Origin: Parvularia atlantis
Taxonomy: Eukaryota
Reading direction: 5' to 3'
Assembly (NCBI GenBank): GCA_943704415.1
Contig: CALSCO010001249.1
Span: 1 to 45,455, forward strand
Length of the DNA: 45,455 nucleotides
Part shown: piece after piece, positions 13,859-24,919 of the stretch
Numbering within the stretch: the first letter of the stretch is position 1
Layout: each line of letters begins with the position of its first letter
Made by a program: the position numbers and the translations under genes
Notes under the pieces: generated by a model
The model's database searches: none
What the model was told of the DNA's origin: nothing
Seen by the model: the letters and a program-made list of their open reading frames with translations, nothing else

Positions 13859-15750
13859 TCACCACAGGCTGTTCAGTGTCACTTCCAGCCCAATGGCGCC
13901 GCTGCCTGCTCGCGTGCAGGGGGTCGGTCAGCTGTGCCCGCGCCCGCGAGGGTAGGCTCGGCACGCACTGGTTGCAGGGTTGTACACGCCGTGCACCGCC
14001 GCCGTGCAGTGCACATCCGGCAGCGTTACCTCGACGCGCCCGGCGACCTTGCCGTCGGAGGCGATCTTGGCCTGGAGCTGTGACGCGGCACCGCGTGAGC
14101 TGGCGCGGCGCGGCATGGCGCCCCGGCCGCCAAGCGCACCCGGCCCACAATTGTCTGCAAGCTGGTGCCGTCGGACGACTGCAGGATCGAGCGGTGCTCC
14201 TGCGCCAGCGCGTCAGACAGGGCCGCCGCCGCCTCCGCGCGCAAGGGGGCTGCCGCACCGCCTCGTACGCCACCGAGCCCGCGTTGTACACGTCGTGTCT
14301 CAGCGGGCAGTGCACGCCCTCGACCACGAGCGCGGCCCGGAGCTTGTCCAGCGTCGCGATCGAGCTCAGCCCGAGTGCGCCCATGCCCGGCACCCACCGC
14401 AGAAACGCCCACGGGTACGACGCGACCGCCTGGTGCACGCCGTGCGGTGGGCGCAGAGCAACTCGAAGCACACACGCGCGACGCACCACGACCACCTTGG
14501 CCTCGCCGTTGATGTCGAGCCGCGCCGCGACGCTCACCGTGTCGAGCGGGCGGAAGAGCGCGCCAACACCGAGCACACACTGCAACTGCCTGTGCGCGGG
14601 GATGCGTGCTCAGCGCGACGCTTCCCACAGTCGCACGCACGTTTCCAGCTGCTTCCGCTTGAGCAGCATCAGCTCTAAACCAAACGCGGCGTGCGGCGTG
14701 CGGTACTGCATAAAGTTGACGCCAATGCCGGCCACCTGCCGCAGCCCAGACGTCAGCAGGCAGCGCGACAGTGCGCGTGTGCGCGCGTGCCTGCAGTCGC
14801 GGGTCGTCGGCGCGTGGCGCTGGCTCGGTGCGTGGCCTGTGCGCCCAGCCGTCAGCGAGCACACGTCCGCGCCCGTCCACGCACCGCCAGTGAGGTGTGG
14901 ACCAGGGCATGCAGTTGGCCGCAAAGTACCTGAGCTGCATGCTGGAGCTGCTGCGCCGCAGCGAGTACTGCAGCACGGTCTCGTAGTCGCCGCTGTTGCC
15001 CTTTGCGCGCGAACCAGAAGCGCGTCAGCGTATTCGCAAACCGCACACGCGCACCCACCTCGACGTTCTGTAGCATCGCGCGCAGGCGTAGGTCGTGCGG
15101 CAGCGCCGGCAACTCGCCCATGGCCACCTTCAGCCGCCCTTGCTGTGCCGCCCAGTCACGTCAGCCGATGCGCAGCCGCGCGCTCATCGCGGACCTCGAG
15201 CGTGCGCAGACGCAGTGCCAGGCCGCCGAATGGCCCGGGCCCCACGCGCCCGCTCCACCCAGCGCCGGCGTCGACCACGCCCTGGACGCCGTGCTGCATG
15301 CGATCGAGGCCGTGGAAGTCAAGGCTGGCGCGCCGGAGCACATCAGCTTGCAACGTGGCGCGAGCGCATCGCGCGCACCTCCACCCGCGTTTCCACGTCT
15401 GATTGCGCAGGCCGGCGCCGGGCTGCTGCACGAACGCCACTCGTAGCGGATCGTCCGTGAACAGCTCGTCGTGCGTGCGCGCGCGCCCGTCCTGCCCGCG
15501 GCCCCGCGCGCGTCATGTCAGACATGTCTGCCTCGCGCATCGCGTGCGCTCTCACCGGCACGCCGTCGGCCGGTGCGAGCCACGCCCACCATCGCGCGCC
15601 CGCGGGCGAAGACGATGCCCTGCCCGCCGGTGTCACGCCCGCGGGCGGCGCCGGGCCCGTCTCGCGCGGCGGGAACGACTTGCGCAGCACCTCGCGCACC
15701 TGATCGACCACATACAGCGCGCCCAACCACTGGACCACCATATCGCGCAT
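13859..15750 (-). CDS. Divergent mitochondrial beta-barrel protein, Tom40/porin-3 superfamily-like (~10 introns; start tentative)
   Basis: Spliced ORF with alternating beta strands: GIGVNFMQYRTPHAAFGLELM (cf. Tom40 YLQSvTPxLALGxE), TVSVAARLDINGEAK, LQAKIASDGKVAGRVEVTLP, and C-terminal beta-signal-like GAIGLEVTL. Confidence 0.6.
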
Positions 15751-15767
15751 ACATAGTCGCTTGCTGG

Positions 15768-16301
15768 ATGCGCTGTCTCGCGGCGTGGACGGACGGGCTC
15801 TTCTACCCGGCGCGCGTGGTGCGGACGGACGCGGCGCGGGGCGTCGTGTGCGTGGTCTTTGACGGCTTCGAGGACGAGGGGCCGGTCGAGGTGCGCGAGG
15901 CCGATGTCGTACGGCGCGAGGTCGACCACGACGACGCGGGCGACAGCGACGATGCGCGGTCACGACGACCGCCGCAGCGCAGGCGGCGCGACGATGCGGA
16001 CGGCGACGACCTGCCCGGCACCGTGCGCGTGCGCCGTGGGCGGCTCACGGCGGCCGAGCGGCGCGAGCGCATTGCGGCGCTGCAAGCGGGCAAGCCGGCC
16101 GGCGCGGTCGTGGTCGGGACGACGCCGCGCAGTGTGCGGCAGCGGCAGCTGGGCGAACTATTTGCGCGGTTCGGGCGCGACAAGGGCTGGGCGACGCTGG
16201 GCGACATGGCCCGGCACATCGCCGACGCGAGCACGCGCGCTGAGCGCAACCACCTGCTCGACCGCTTCTACGGCCTGCTGGGCGATGCGGGCGGGCGATG
16301 A
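15768..16301 (+). CDS. Intronless Tudor-domain protein (SMN/SPF30-like Tudor + uncharacterised C-terminal helical region)
   Basis: MRCLAAWTDGLFYPARVV..VVCVVFDGFEDEG..EV with aromatic-cage residues W/Y/F/F. The true start could be further upstream in the same ORF (15471-16301). Confidence 0.72.
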   Translation: MRCLAAWTDGLFYPARVVRTDAARGVVCVVFDGFEDEGPVEVREADVVRREVDHDDAGDSDDARSRRPPQRRRRDDADGDDLPGTVRVRRGRLTAAERRERIAALQAGKPAGAVVVGTTPRSVRQRQLGELFARFGRDKGWATLGDMARHIADASTRAERNHLLDRFYGLLGDAGGR

Positions 16302-16352
16302 ACAGAGCGACGTGGCAGCAGGCACAAAAAAAAGAAAATGGGGCTCAAACGG

Positions 16353-19300
16353 TCACGGCACCGCGCCCGGCTCGTCCGCGATCAGCTCGTCGGCAAACAC
16401 GCCCGGCGTGATCAGGTAGTCCTCGTTCACCTCGGGCGCGTCGTCCAACTGCACGGCCTGGCCATCAGTGATGGAAACGCGCGTGCCATGCCGCCGCCGC
16501 ACCTGGTCCATCAGCGGGTCGCGCGTGTGCGTGCACATGACCGCGACCGACTTGAGGCACTTGCGGTGACACCGAAACGAGCACTCTGCGGGCGCGCGTT
16601 GAGAAGAGGCCTGCACCACGCCCGCCGGCGTCACGCACCCGAGCACTTCATGCCCTCGCGCCCGTGCGGCGCAATCGAGGCTGCGCGCGCGAGATAGGCC
16701 CGTCAGCAGCCGCGCGCGCACGACCGGCAGCGCTTGCACCGGAGCAGACGTCGCAGCGGACCGAGCGTGCAAACACCTTTGTCTCAAAGTTGTGTGACTT
16801 CTCGGCCCGGTCCTTCTCATCGGCCTCGTCGGCCTCCGCCGCAGCGTCGACCTCCTGGCGGCGCGCGCGCGCGTTCTTAGGTCGGCGAGCACACACGCGC
16901 GGCTCGCACCCAGGCGCACCTGCAGCCTCGGCGCGTCAATCATCGGGTTGAACTCGACGATGGGCGACGCCGGCAGCTTTGTGGCGGCCATGAGAGACCC
17001 TGAGCGCGCCAGCTGTGCGGCGAGCGTGAGCGCACCCCCCCCCCCCCCCCCCCCCCGGGCGGTGCGGTTTGCGAGCCGCACCATCGGCGGCGGCGCCGAG
17101 TCGCTGTCGCGCAGAGGCTCCATCTTATCTGGCTGGCTGTTTTCCTTGTGCGACTGGACCGACGACGCATCGACGTCGCGCGCCGGCTTGGCCTGCTGCG
17201 GTACCGGCACGAAGTCTTCCTGCGACGTCGAGATGCGCACAGAGACGCACCTGCGGCCGTCGTCAGCCCGAGCGCCGGCCGTCTTGTACGCGCGCGCGCA
17301 CACGCACCCCTTCACCGTCTTGCCGCTCGCGTCGGCCGCGCTGGGGCTGGGCGCAACGGCCGCGGTCGTCTTGGCGGGCGCAGGCGCCGTCTTGCCCTTA
17401 AGCGGCGGGCCGGTGGCCGCAGCAGCCGCGGCAGCGGCGGGCGCCGGGTCGCTCCCGGCCTCGGCGGCCAGGTTGTTTGCGCTGCCGCCGCGGCTGATGG
17501 TGCTCTTGCTGCGTGAGGGCCCTGCGGATGCATCGGATGAGTGCAGTGTCACACCAGCTACGTGTGCATCCCGCCCACCGCGCAGCAGCCGTCGCCTGTC
17601 AGTGACGGTCGCGTTGACGGTCGTGTTGCGATACAGCGACTGTGCATGCGCGGTGTGAGCGCGGTCAGTCGCTCAACGACGGCCGCACCGATCCACTAGC
17701 GAGATGAGACACGGCCTGCGCGCCCTCCATCACCTGTGCGCGCGTGCGTCAGAGTCGCGCACTGGGCGCGGCATACACACCTTTTTGTTGATCTGCTGCC
17801 CGACAGACTTGGACAGCGTCGAGAGCGACGACACGGACGCGTCCAGCAGGCCCTTCAGCGACCAGACGCTGGCGGCTGGGGTCGTGCGGGGCGCGTGAGG
17901 ACGGGCGCGCGCATACTGCACCGGACGTACACTTCTTCTTCTTGGCGTGGCTGACCTCGTCCTCACCGATCCGGTTTAGCTCGGTCTTGCGCCAGTGTGT
18001 GATGTCGCGGATCCACTCGTCGCGCTGGGACGTGCTCCGGACGACAAAAGTGAACGACTGTGGCCCACGCGCGCGCCCGCACGCGCTCAGACAACGGTGC
18101 ACGCGCCACGCAACGCGGGCGGCGCACGTGATTGTCGTCCGTGATGATCGCCAGCCCGACCACGGGCTCGTACAGCCGCATGCGGTCGCGCTGCTGCTTG
18201 AGCTCCTTGGCGATCAGCTCCATGTTGGACTCGGTCTCGCCGACCTGGCCCACGCCGCGCGAACGGGTGTCAGCGATGTCGCCGACGCCCGCGCGCGGGC
18301 GAAAAGAAAGCAAACCTCGCGCTTGGCCTCGTTCTTCGTCGCGCGATTGTTCTCCATCTTGTAAATCTGGGCGATCTTGGCCGCCGAGCGCTCAATGTGC
18401 CGCTCGATGTCCAGCTGCTTCTCGAGCCGCGCGATCTCCTTCATGATCTCGTTGGGCTCTGGGGCGCGGCGTCAGCAGCGGACGCGCACGTGCGGCGCGC
18501 GCGCTCGCACCAACGTAGCCGCCCTCCTTCACGGGCTTCTCGATTGCGTGCAGACCCGAGAGATTCAGCAGCGGGACCATCCAGTCGTACTCAAACTCAA
18601 ACTTGGCGTTGCTCATGACTTTGCTGACGATCTGCGTGACACGCCAGTCGCCGCTGAGCGCCGCGCGCAACCCGTGCTGCGCGAGGACGCACGTGCGAGT
18701 TGCCCGACGGGTTGAACTTGGACACGCACAGGAGCGCGTCGTTGAACAGGAACAGGCGCCGCATCTCGCGCCCGCCGTCGAGCGACGCGACAATGTCCCC
18801 GTCGCGCACAAACAGGCGCGTGTCGCTCGTGAGCGGCTGTGACGAGCGCGCGCACACGCGTCCGTCAGCGCGCACGCAGCCGCACGGCACGACACGCACG
18901 GGAAAGTCGCCCGACATCTTGGACTCGATCTCGGCGACCTGCGCGAGCCGCGTGAGCACACATATGCAGCCCCGCGCAACGCACCTTGGCGCGCGCCTCA
19001 GCCTGGCGCTTCTTCTCGTTGATAAAGTCGGCCACGCGCTTGATCTCGATGACGCCCGCCTTGAGGTTGGCAAAGTCCGGATGGTCGGCGGTGGTCTGGG
19101 CGAGGATTTGCTGCGATGGCGGCGAGCGTGAGCAGCGCGCAGGCACGGTGACGGGCGATGTACGCTCAGGAGCAGCTCGTAGCGCGGGATGCGCTGGACG
19201 GGCATGATCAAAAAGTCGGACAGCTTGAGGCGCTGGGTCGAGGCCTGCTCCATCTCCTGCGCGGGGTGTGAGCGACGGGGGCCCTGCCGCTGCGACCGCC

Positions 19301-20223
19301 GCACCGTCACAAACTGCGCAAAGGCCGCGTTCGAGCGCTCGTGCTTGCGCAGGGTCGCGTGGGCGAGCTCGTAGTTGTTGACAAAGGCCGTGTACGACTC
19401 GAATGTCGGCGACTGCCCCCCAACCCCCGCGCCGGCGCCCGGCCATCAGCAGCCCCGCGCACCCACCGCGTCGCGCACCATCTCCACAAAGACGTCGCCG
19501 ATAAGCTGCCAGGCAGACCAGTGCTTGAGCCGCGCCTCGAGATGCTCGAGCAACTTGATGTTGTTGACGAGGATCGGCTGGATCTGCGCGGCGCAGTTTC
19601 AGCGCGTGCAACAGACTCGCCGCGCAGCCGCGCACCTGGAAGAACAGCGCCTTCAGGTCCTTCTCGGGCACGAGCGCCGCGCCCTTGGCCGCGCGCTCAA
19701 ACAGCGGCTTCTCGTACTTCTGCTCGGCGACGTGGGTGAGCGCCGCTTCCACGCGGCACACATGCGCACCTCCACGACGTAACGCAGGCTGTCCACGTAC
19801 GCCTTCTCGGTGCTGAAGAGCTCCTGCACAATGTACGTGCGCTTGACTGCGCGACCATGTGAGCACGGGCAGGCGTACGCGGGCCCCGCGCACTCGTCGC
19901 CTTGAAGCGCCGCCGCGCCACCCGCCGCCGCCAGAGCGACTGCACAAAGACGATGTCGCTCACGTCGTCGGCGCTGCGCTTGCCCGTCGCGTCCTGGCCC
20001 GCGCGCCGAGCGCTGTCAGACAACACCGCCGAGAGCGAGCTGGGACGCGCCTGGACGGCGAGCCTGGACGTCTTGCGCACGCGCGTGCGCCGCACGGCCA
20101 GTGGCGGCGGCTCATCGCCGAGGGCCGGCCGCGACACGGCGGTCTCGTCTGCGCCCGCGTGCGCGTGAGAAGGCAGCGCGTGAGCAGACGGCGCGTCGCA
20201 CCGGCAGCCGAATCGGAGGCCAT
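16353..20223 (-). CDS. Rho guanine-nucleotide exchange factor: IQ - DH - PH (with inserted HR1) - C1
   Basis: IQ-like IVFVQSLWRRRVARRRF; DH KRTYIVQELFSTEKAYVDSL..KLSDFLIMPVQRIPRYELLL..INEKKR; PH RLFVRDG..RRLFLFNDALL..FTFVVRSTSQRDEWIRDI; C1 HNFETKVF..CDVC..C..C..RCHRKC..C. Confidence 0.9.
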
Positions 20224-20569
20224 CGCGGCACCTGTGCGAAACGCGGCGTTTCATCAGAAATAGATCCCGCACGCACGAGGGGCGAGTGCGGGGACGGCAC
20301 AAGCGCACAGGACGCTGGCGCGGTCGGTGCGCGGCGTGAAACCACTCGGCGCATCCCGCTCTCACGCGCAGCGCCGCACGCGCGACGGGCAGCGGTTGCG
20401 CGCGCCCTCCGCCGCAAGCTGCACCCACGCCACGCCGAGCTCGCGAGCACGGCCACCGCAGCAGCCGCGTCACGCGCCACGCGCGCGCGGCCGCGCGGGA
20501 CGCGTGCGTCACAGGCGCACGAGGTGACTGCTGCGCGGATCCGGCGGCGCGCCTGAACCAGCAACGCGA

Positions 20570-20578
<9 letters not shown>

Positions 20579-20654
<76 letters not shown>
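20579..20654. repeat. (GA)38 microsatellite upstream of the RhoGEF
   Basis: 76 nt of perfect GA dinucleotide repeat. Confidence 0.97.
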
Positions 20655-20655
<1 letters not shown>

Positions 20656-20796
20656 GCGGGTTGTGTGCACATCTCCAGAAAGCACACACCAAACACACCG
20701 ACACACTAGGGGACAAAAGGCGGATCAAGGGGGCAGCGCGCACTTACACGCGCGCGCGGGCACGGGGCACACCACACAGACGCGCGCGCGCGTCGC

Positions 20797-21942
20797 TCAC
20801 GAGTAGTCGTTCATCTCAATGTCCTTCGACGCCTCGTCGGCCTGGATGGCCAGGGCGATGGCGAAGATGAGGCCGAAGACCTCGATGCCGGCCAGGACAC
20901 CCGCGCCGGCCTGGAGGTAGACGATGTAGAGCGAGTAGAACGAGTAGTACGCATCGAGGCAGCTCTGGACGTAGCCGTCCTTGTTGAACGAGTTGTAGTA
21001 GCAGTAGTACACGTCGTACGTGTTCTGGGGTGGCGGGTCCTGCTTCGGCGCCGGGTTGGTCGAGTTGTAGTTGTTGACGGCCAGGCAGCACGTGCTGTTG
21101 GGCGTGCTGAAGTCGGTCGTGTTCAAGAAGCCGCAGCAGTTGAAGCCGTTCTCGAGCGCCGCGCGATCCGTCTCGCTCAGTTTGCGGTACTCCTGACCCA
21201 GGAAGCTCTCGAGCGAGGACGTGTACTGGTACGCGACGACAGCCACGGCGATCTCGGCTGCAAGGATCATGACGAGCAGCGCGAAGTACTGCGCGTGCGT
21301 GCGGGGGGCTGTGTGAGTCGCGCTGCACGTGCGCAGGCGCGCGTGGTGGGGCGGGCCGACGCACGATCCATAGCATGATCTTGTTGATGATGATCGCGGC
21401 GACGAGGCCGACGAGCGCGATGACGATGACGAAGATGGCCACGACGATGGCGCCTGCGCACAGGCGCGGGGTGAGCACAGCCTGTCCAACAGCAACGCAC
21501 GCGCGCTCCCACGCACCGACCGAGAAGGTCCGCGGGATGCCGTACGTGCTCGCCTGGACGTAGAAGTAGATGCCGGCCGCGAGCACGGCGATGCCGGCCG
21601 CCAGGAAGAGCGAGTTGAAGATGATGAGGCCCCAGCGCGAGATCTTGGCGCAAGTGCCCTGCACGTTTTTTCGTCGTCGTCAACACGTGCGCAACTCGCG
21701 CGCGCACTGCGGAAATCGTTCTCCGCGCTCGACCCGCGCGAGGACGCGAGCGAGAGCGGGGGCGCGCTTGCGAGGGGCATCGAGGGGGAGGCGGCGTGCG
21801 CGCGCGAGCAGCGACAAGGGCCAACAAAAAAAGCAACGAAAAAAGCAACGGGAACCGAGGTCTTGCCCACCGCACGCGCGCGCCGTGCGCCACCCGCCGC
21901 CCCTTCCCCCCTCTCTCCTCTTCCCCGCTCTCGCGCGGCACG

Positions 21943-21987
<45 letters not shown>

Positions 21988-21996
21988 ACGCACCAT
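20797..21996 (-). CDS. Tetraspanin
   Basis: M|GTCAKISRWGLIIFNSLFLAAG, four hydrophobic segments, large extracellular loop with FNCCGF (CCG motif) and further Cys. The first coding exon appears to be just ATG (21994-21996), followed by a 335-nt intron. Confidence 0.88.
21946..21987. repeat. (CGG)14 trinucleotide repeat in tetraspanin intron 1
   Basis: Direct inspection. Confidence 0.9.
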
Positions 21997-22235
21997 GACT
22001 GCTGCGGGACGGCGGCTGCGGCTTGCAAAGGGGCGACGGAAGTGCCTATTCCTCGGAACTCACGCGCTGATTGGCTGGCGTGCAAACAGCGTGCTTCCGG
22101 GCGCGTCGAGAAGGTTCGGCTTTATCTCTCAGATCTGTCGCGTCACCAAAAGGTCGCTCGGCGTGGCCTGGCGCGTGCGCGCTGATCAGCGCTGACCCCG
22201 CGCCCCGCACGCGCGCACAGCCCGCACACAGCCCG
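21997..22235. promoter_or_regulatory. Probable bidirectional promoter between tetraspanin and SPX-transporter
   Basis: 239-nt divergent gap with lower GC, an inverted CCAAT (ATTGG 22070-22074) and a 5'UTR intron-like element at 22175-22220. Confidence 0.5.
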
Positions 22236-24869
22236 ATGGTCAACTTTGGGACGTACCTGCGCTCGTTCCGGAACGCGGCGTGGGCCGACGACTACCTCAA
22301 CTACGAGCTGCACAAGGGCACGATCTACGCCATTGAGCGCGCGTTGCAGGCGCCCGAGGCCGAGCGTGCGTCTTGCGCAGAGCATCAGCACGTCACACGC
22401 TGACCGACCGCGCGGCACACAGGCGACGCCACCGGCGCGGCGCAGCAGCTCGGCGAGGTCCGCGCCTTTGCGCGCGAGCTCCTGGCCGACCTGGACAAGA
22501 TCAACGCGTTCTACGAGCGCAAGCTGGCGCAGCTGCGCGAGACGTTTGCGCAGCTGCAGGCGCACGTGGAGGGCGCAGACCTGCGCAAGCTGCCGGAGCT
22601 CGAGCGCGAGCGCCTCAAGTACGCGTTCCACACGCTCTACGTCGAGCTGAGCCTCCTGCGCGACTACTCATCGCTCAACTACACCGGCTTCTCCAAGATC
22701 CTCAAGAAGCACGACAAGACCCTGCCCATGCTCAAGATGAAGCGCGACTTCTTCAAGAACGAGATCAACCGCCGCGCGGTCTTTGGCACGCTGGACGAGC
22801 TGCAGCAGATCCAGACGCGGACGCAGGTGTGCGCACACCGGCGCGTGTGTCCCGCTGCTCACGCACGCACGCGCGCTCCCAATGCTGCAGCACCTTTTCG
22901 CCGAGCACTTTTGCGGCTTCAACCGGCTCGACGCCGAGATCTCATTTGGCGAGGCGCTTGCAAAGGCCACGGACGAGAGCCAGCGCGCGTCCAGTGCGTG
23001 CGCGCGCGAGTGCCGTTGCTGCCGCTGCCGCACGCGCTCACACGCGCCCGGCGCCAGGCCTGCTCAGCAAGAAAAGCGCCGTCATGGGCACACCGTTCCA
23101 GGCGCAGCCGCTCACGTTCGACACTGGCGGCGACCATCTGCTCCTGGCTGAGAACATGCAGGTGCACTTGTGCCCCCCCTTGCCTGCGTGTCTGGCCTCC
23201 GCCGATGCGTCTGCGCGGTCAGGGCTACCATCGCGGCAAGGACGAGGACACGAGCGTGATCTCGAGCGCGCTCTGGCAGCGCGCGCGCGTGACGATGATG
23301 GCCGTGCAGGCGCTGCGCCGGGTGCGGCCGCACACGCACCGCCCGTCGCGGCCGCTCAGCCAGCGCACGACGCGCAGGAGCCGGTCATCATGCCCATCAT
23401 CACCTCGCTCGTGCTCATGCTCGTCGGTGGCTGCGGCCAGGCGTTCTGTCTCGGTGCGTCGCCGGCCCGCTCCTTGCGCCGCAGCCCGCATAAAGCCTCG
23501 CATCGCCGCACCGACAGAGTACATGGTGAAGATCGACCCCGGGTGCGGCTCGACGATCACGTTCTTCCAGTACCTATTTGTAGCGCTCGAGGGCCTGCAG
23601 AACTACGTCACGTGGGACTCGATGGTGCGCGCCGGTGCCTGCGTGCACACACAGCGGCGTGACGCACGTTTGCCACAGGCCGGCGGCGTGTTTGGCAAAG
23701 TGTTGAGCGTGCGCATGAAGCCGCTCAAGATCCCCATCGCTTACCACGTCGGTGCGCGTCGCTCTCCCTCACTCGCGCCCGCGCGCGACGCTCAGCGGCG
23801 CGTGCGCCAGGTTGCGTGCTCATGTCGTGGCTCGCGGCCGTGCTGTCGAGCTGGGCGTACTGGTACAACGTCTCTGTGCCGTTCCACATGGTCTTCAAGA
23901 GCTCGATCCTGCTCGTCAACATGACCATCGGCGCGATCATGCTGCGGCGGCAGTGCGTCGCCACCCGAGGCCGCTGCTCGCTCGCTCGCTCACTCACGGC
24001 GACGGCAGGTACTCGCTCGGCCAGGTCGGCTCGGTCGTGCTCGTGACCATCGGCGTGATGATCTCGACGCTCGCGTCGCTGCCCGCTGCACCGGTGGGCC
24101 TCGTGCGTGCACTTGCGCGTGCTGACGCTGTATGCGCCCGTGGCAGGACAAAGCCGACGCGGTTGAGATGCAGAACTTTTGGCTATGGGTGCTCGGCGTG
24201 AGCATCCTCGCGCTCTCGCTCGTCTTCACGGGGTGCGGCGCGTGCGGCACGTTCGTGGCCGTCTAACGAGCGCGAGCGCAGCTTCCTGGGCATCCTGCAG
24301 GACCTGGCCTACCGCAACTACGGCAATCACTGGCAGGAGGCGCTGTTCTACGCTGTGCGTCTGGCGGCCTGCGCCCACGCCGGCTGACGCGGCCGCGCGC
24401 ACGCGCAGCACTTCCTCGGCCTGCCGATGTTCCTGACGATCGCGCCCGACATGGTCAAGCACATGCTGCTATGGTCGACCGCGCACCCGGCGATGTGGGC
24501 CGTGCTGATGCTCAACACGATCGCGTCATTCATGGGCGTGCGCGGCATGTACAACCTGACGAGTGCGCCCGCGCCCTCACTCCACCGCCGTGCCCTGACG
24601 CGGGGCGCGCGCGTGCTAGGCCTCACGAGCTCGCTCACGGGCAACCTCATGATCACCGTGCGCAAGTTCCTCTCGCTCATCCTCTCGGTCGTGTACTTCA
24701 ACAACGTCTTTGGGCTGTCGCACTGGACAGGTGCGCGCGTGCGCGCCTTGCCGCGCCATGTGACGGCTCACGCTGTCGCGCAGGGGCCGTGCTGGTCCTC
24801 GTCGGCACAGTGCTGTACACGGGCGCGTCGCAGCAGGCGGCCAAGGCGGCCGTCAAGAAGCAGGCCTGA
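22236..24869 (+). CDS. SPX domain fused to UAA-family nucleotide-sugar transporter (SLC35B4/Yea4-like UDP-GlcNAc/UDP-xylose transporter)
   Basis: SPX: MVNFGTYL..WADDYLNYELHK..DLDKINAFY..LYVELSLLRDYSSLNYTGFSKILKKHDK. An in-frame spliced linker leads to MLVGGCGQAFCLEYMVKIDPGCGSTITFFQYLFVALEGL, SVPFHMVFKSS, YSLGQVGSVVLVTIG, WQEALFY.HFLGLP, SSLTGNLMITVRKFLSLILS. C-terminal KKQA. Confidence 0.88.
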
Positions 24870-24919
24870 TGCCGCGGCGATGTACAGCATTTGGTGTTGC
24901 GCGCATCGATCAGGAAGCA

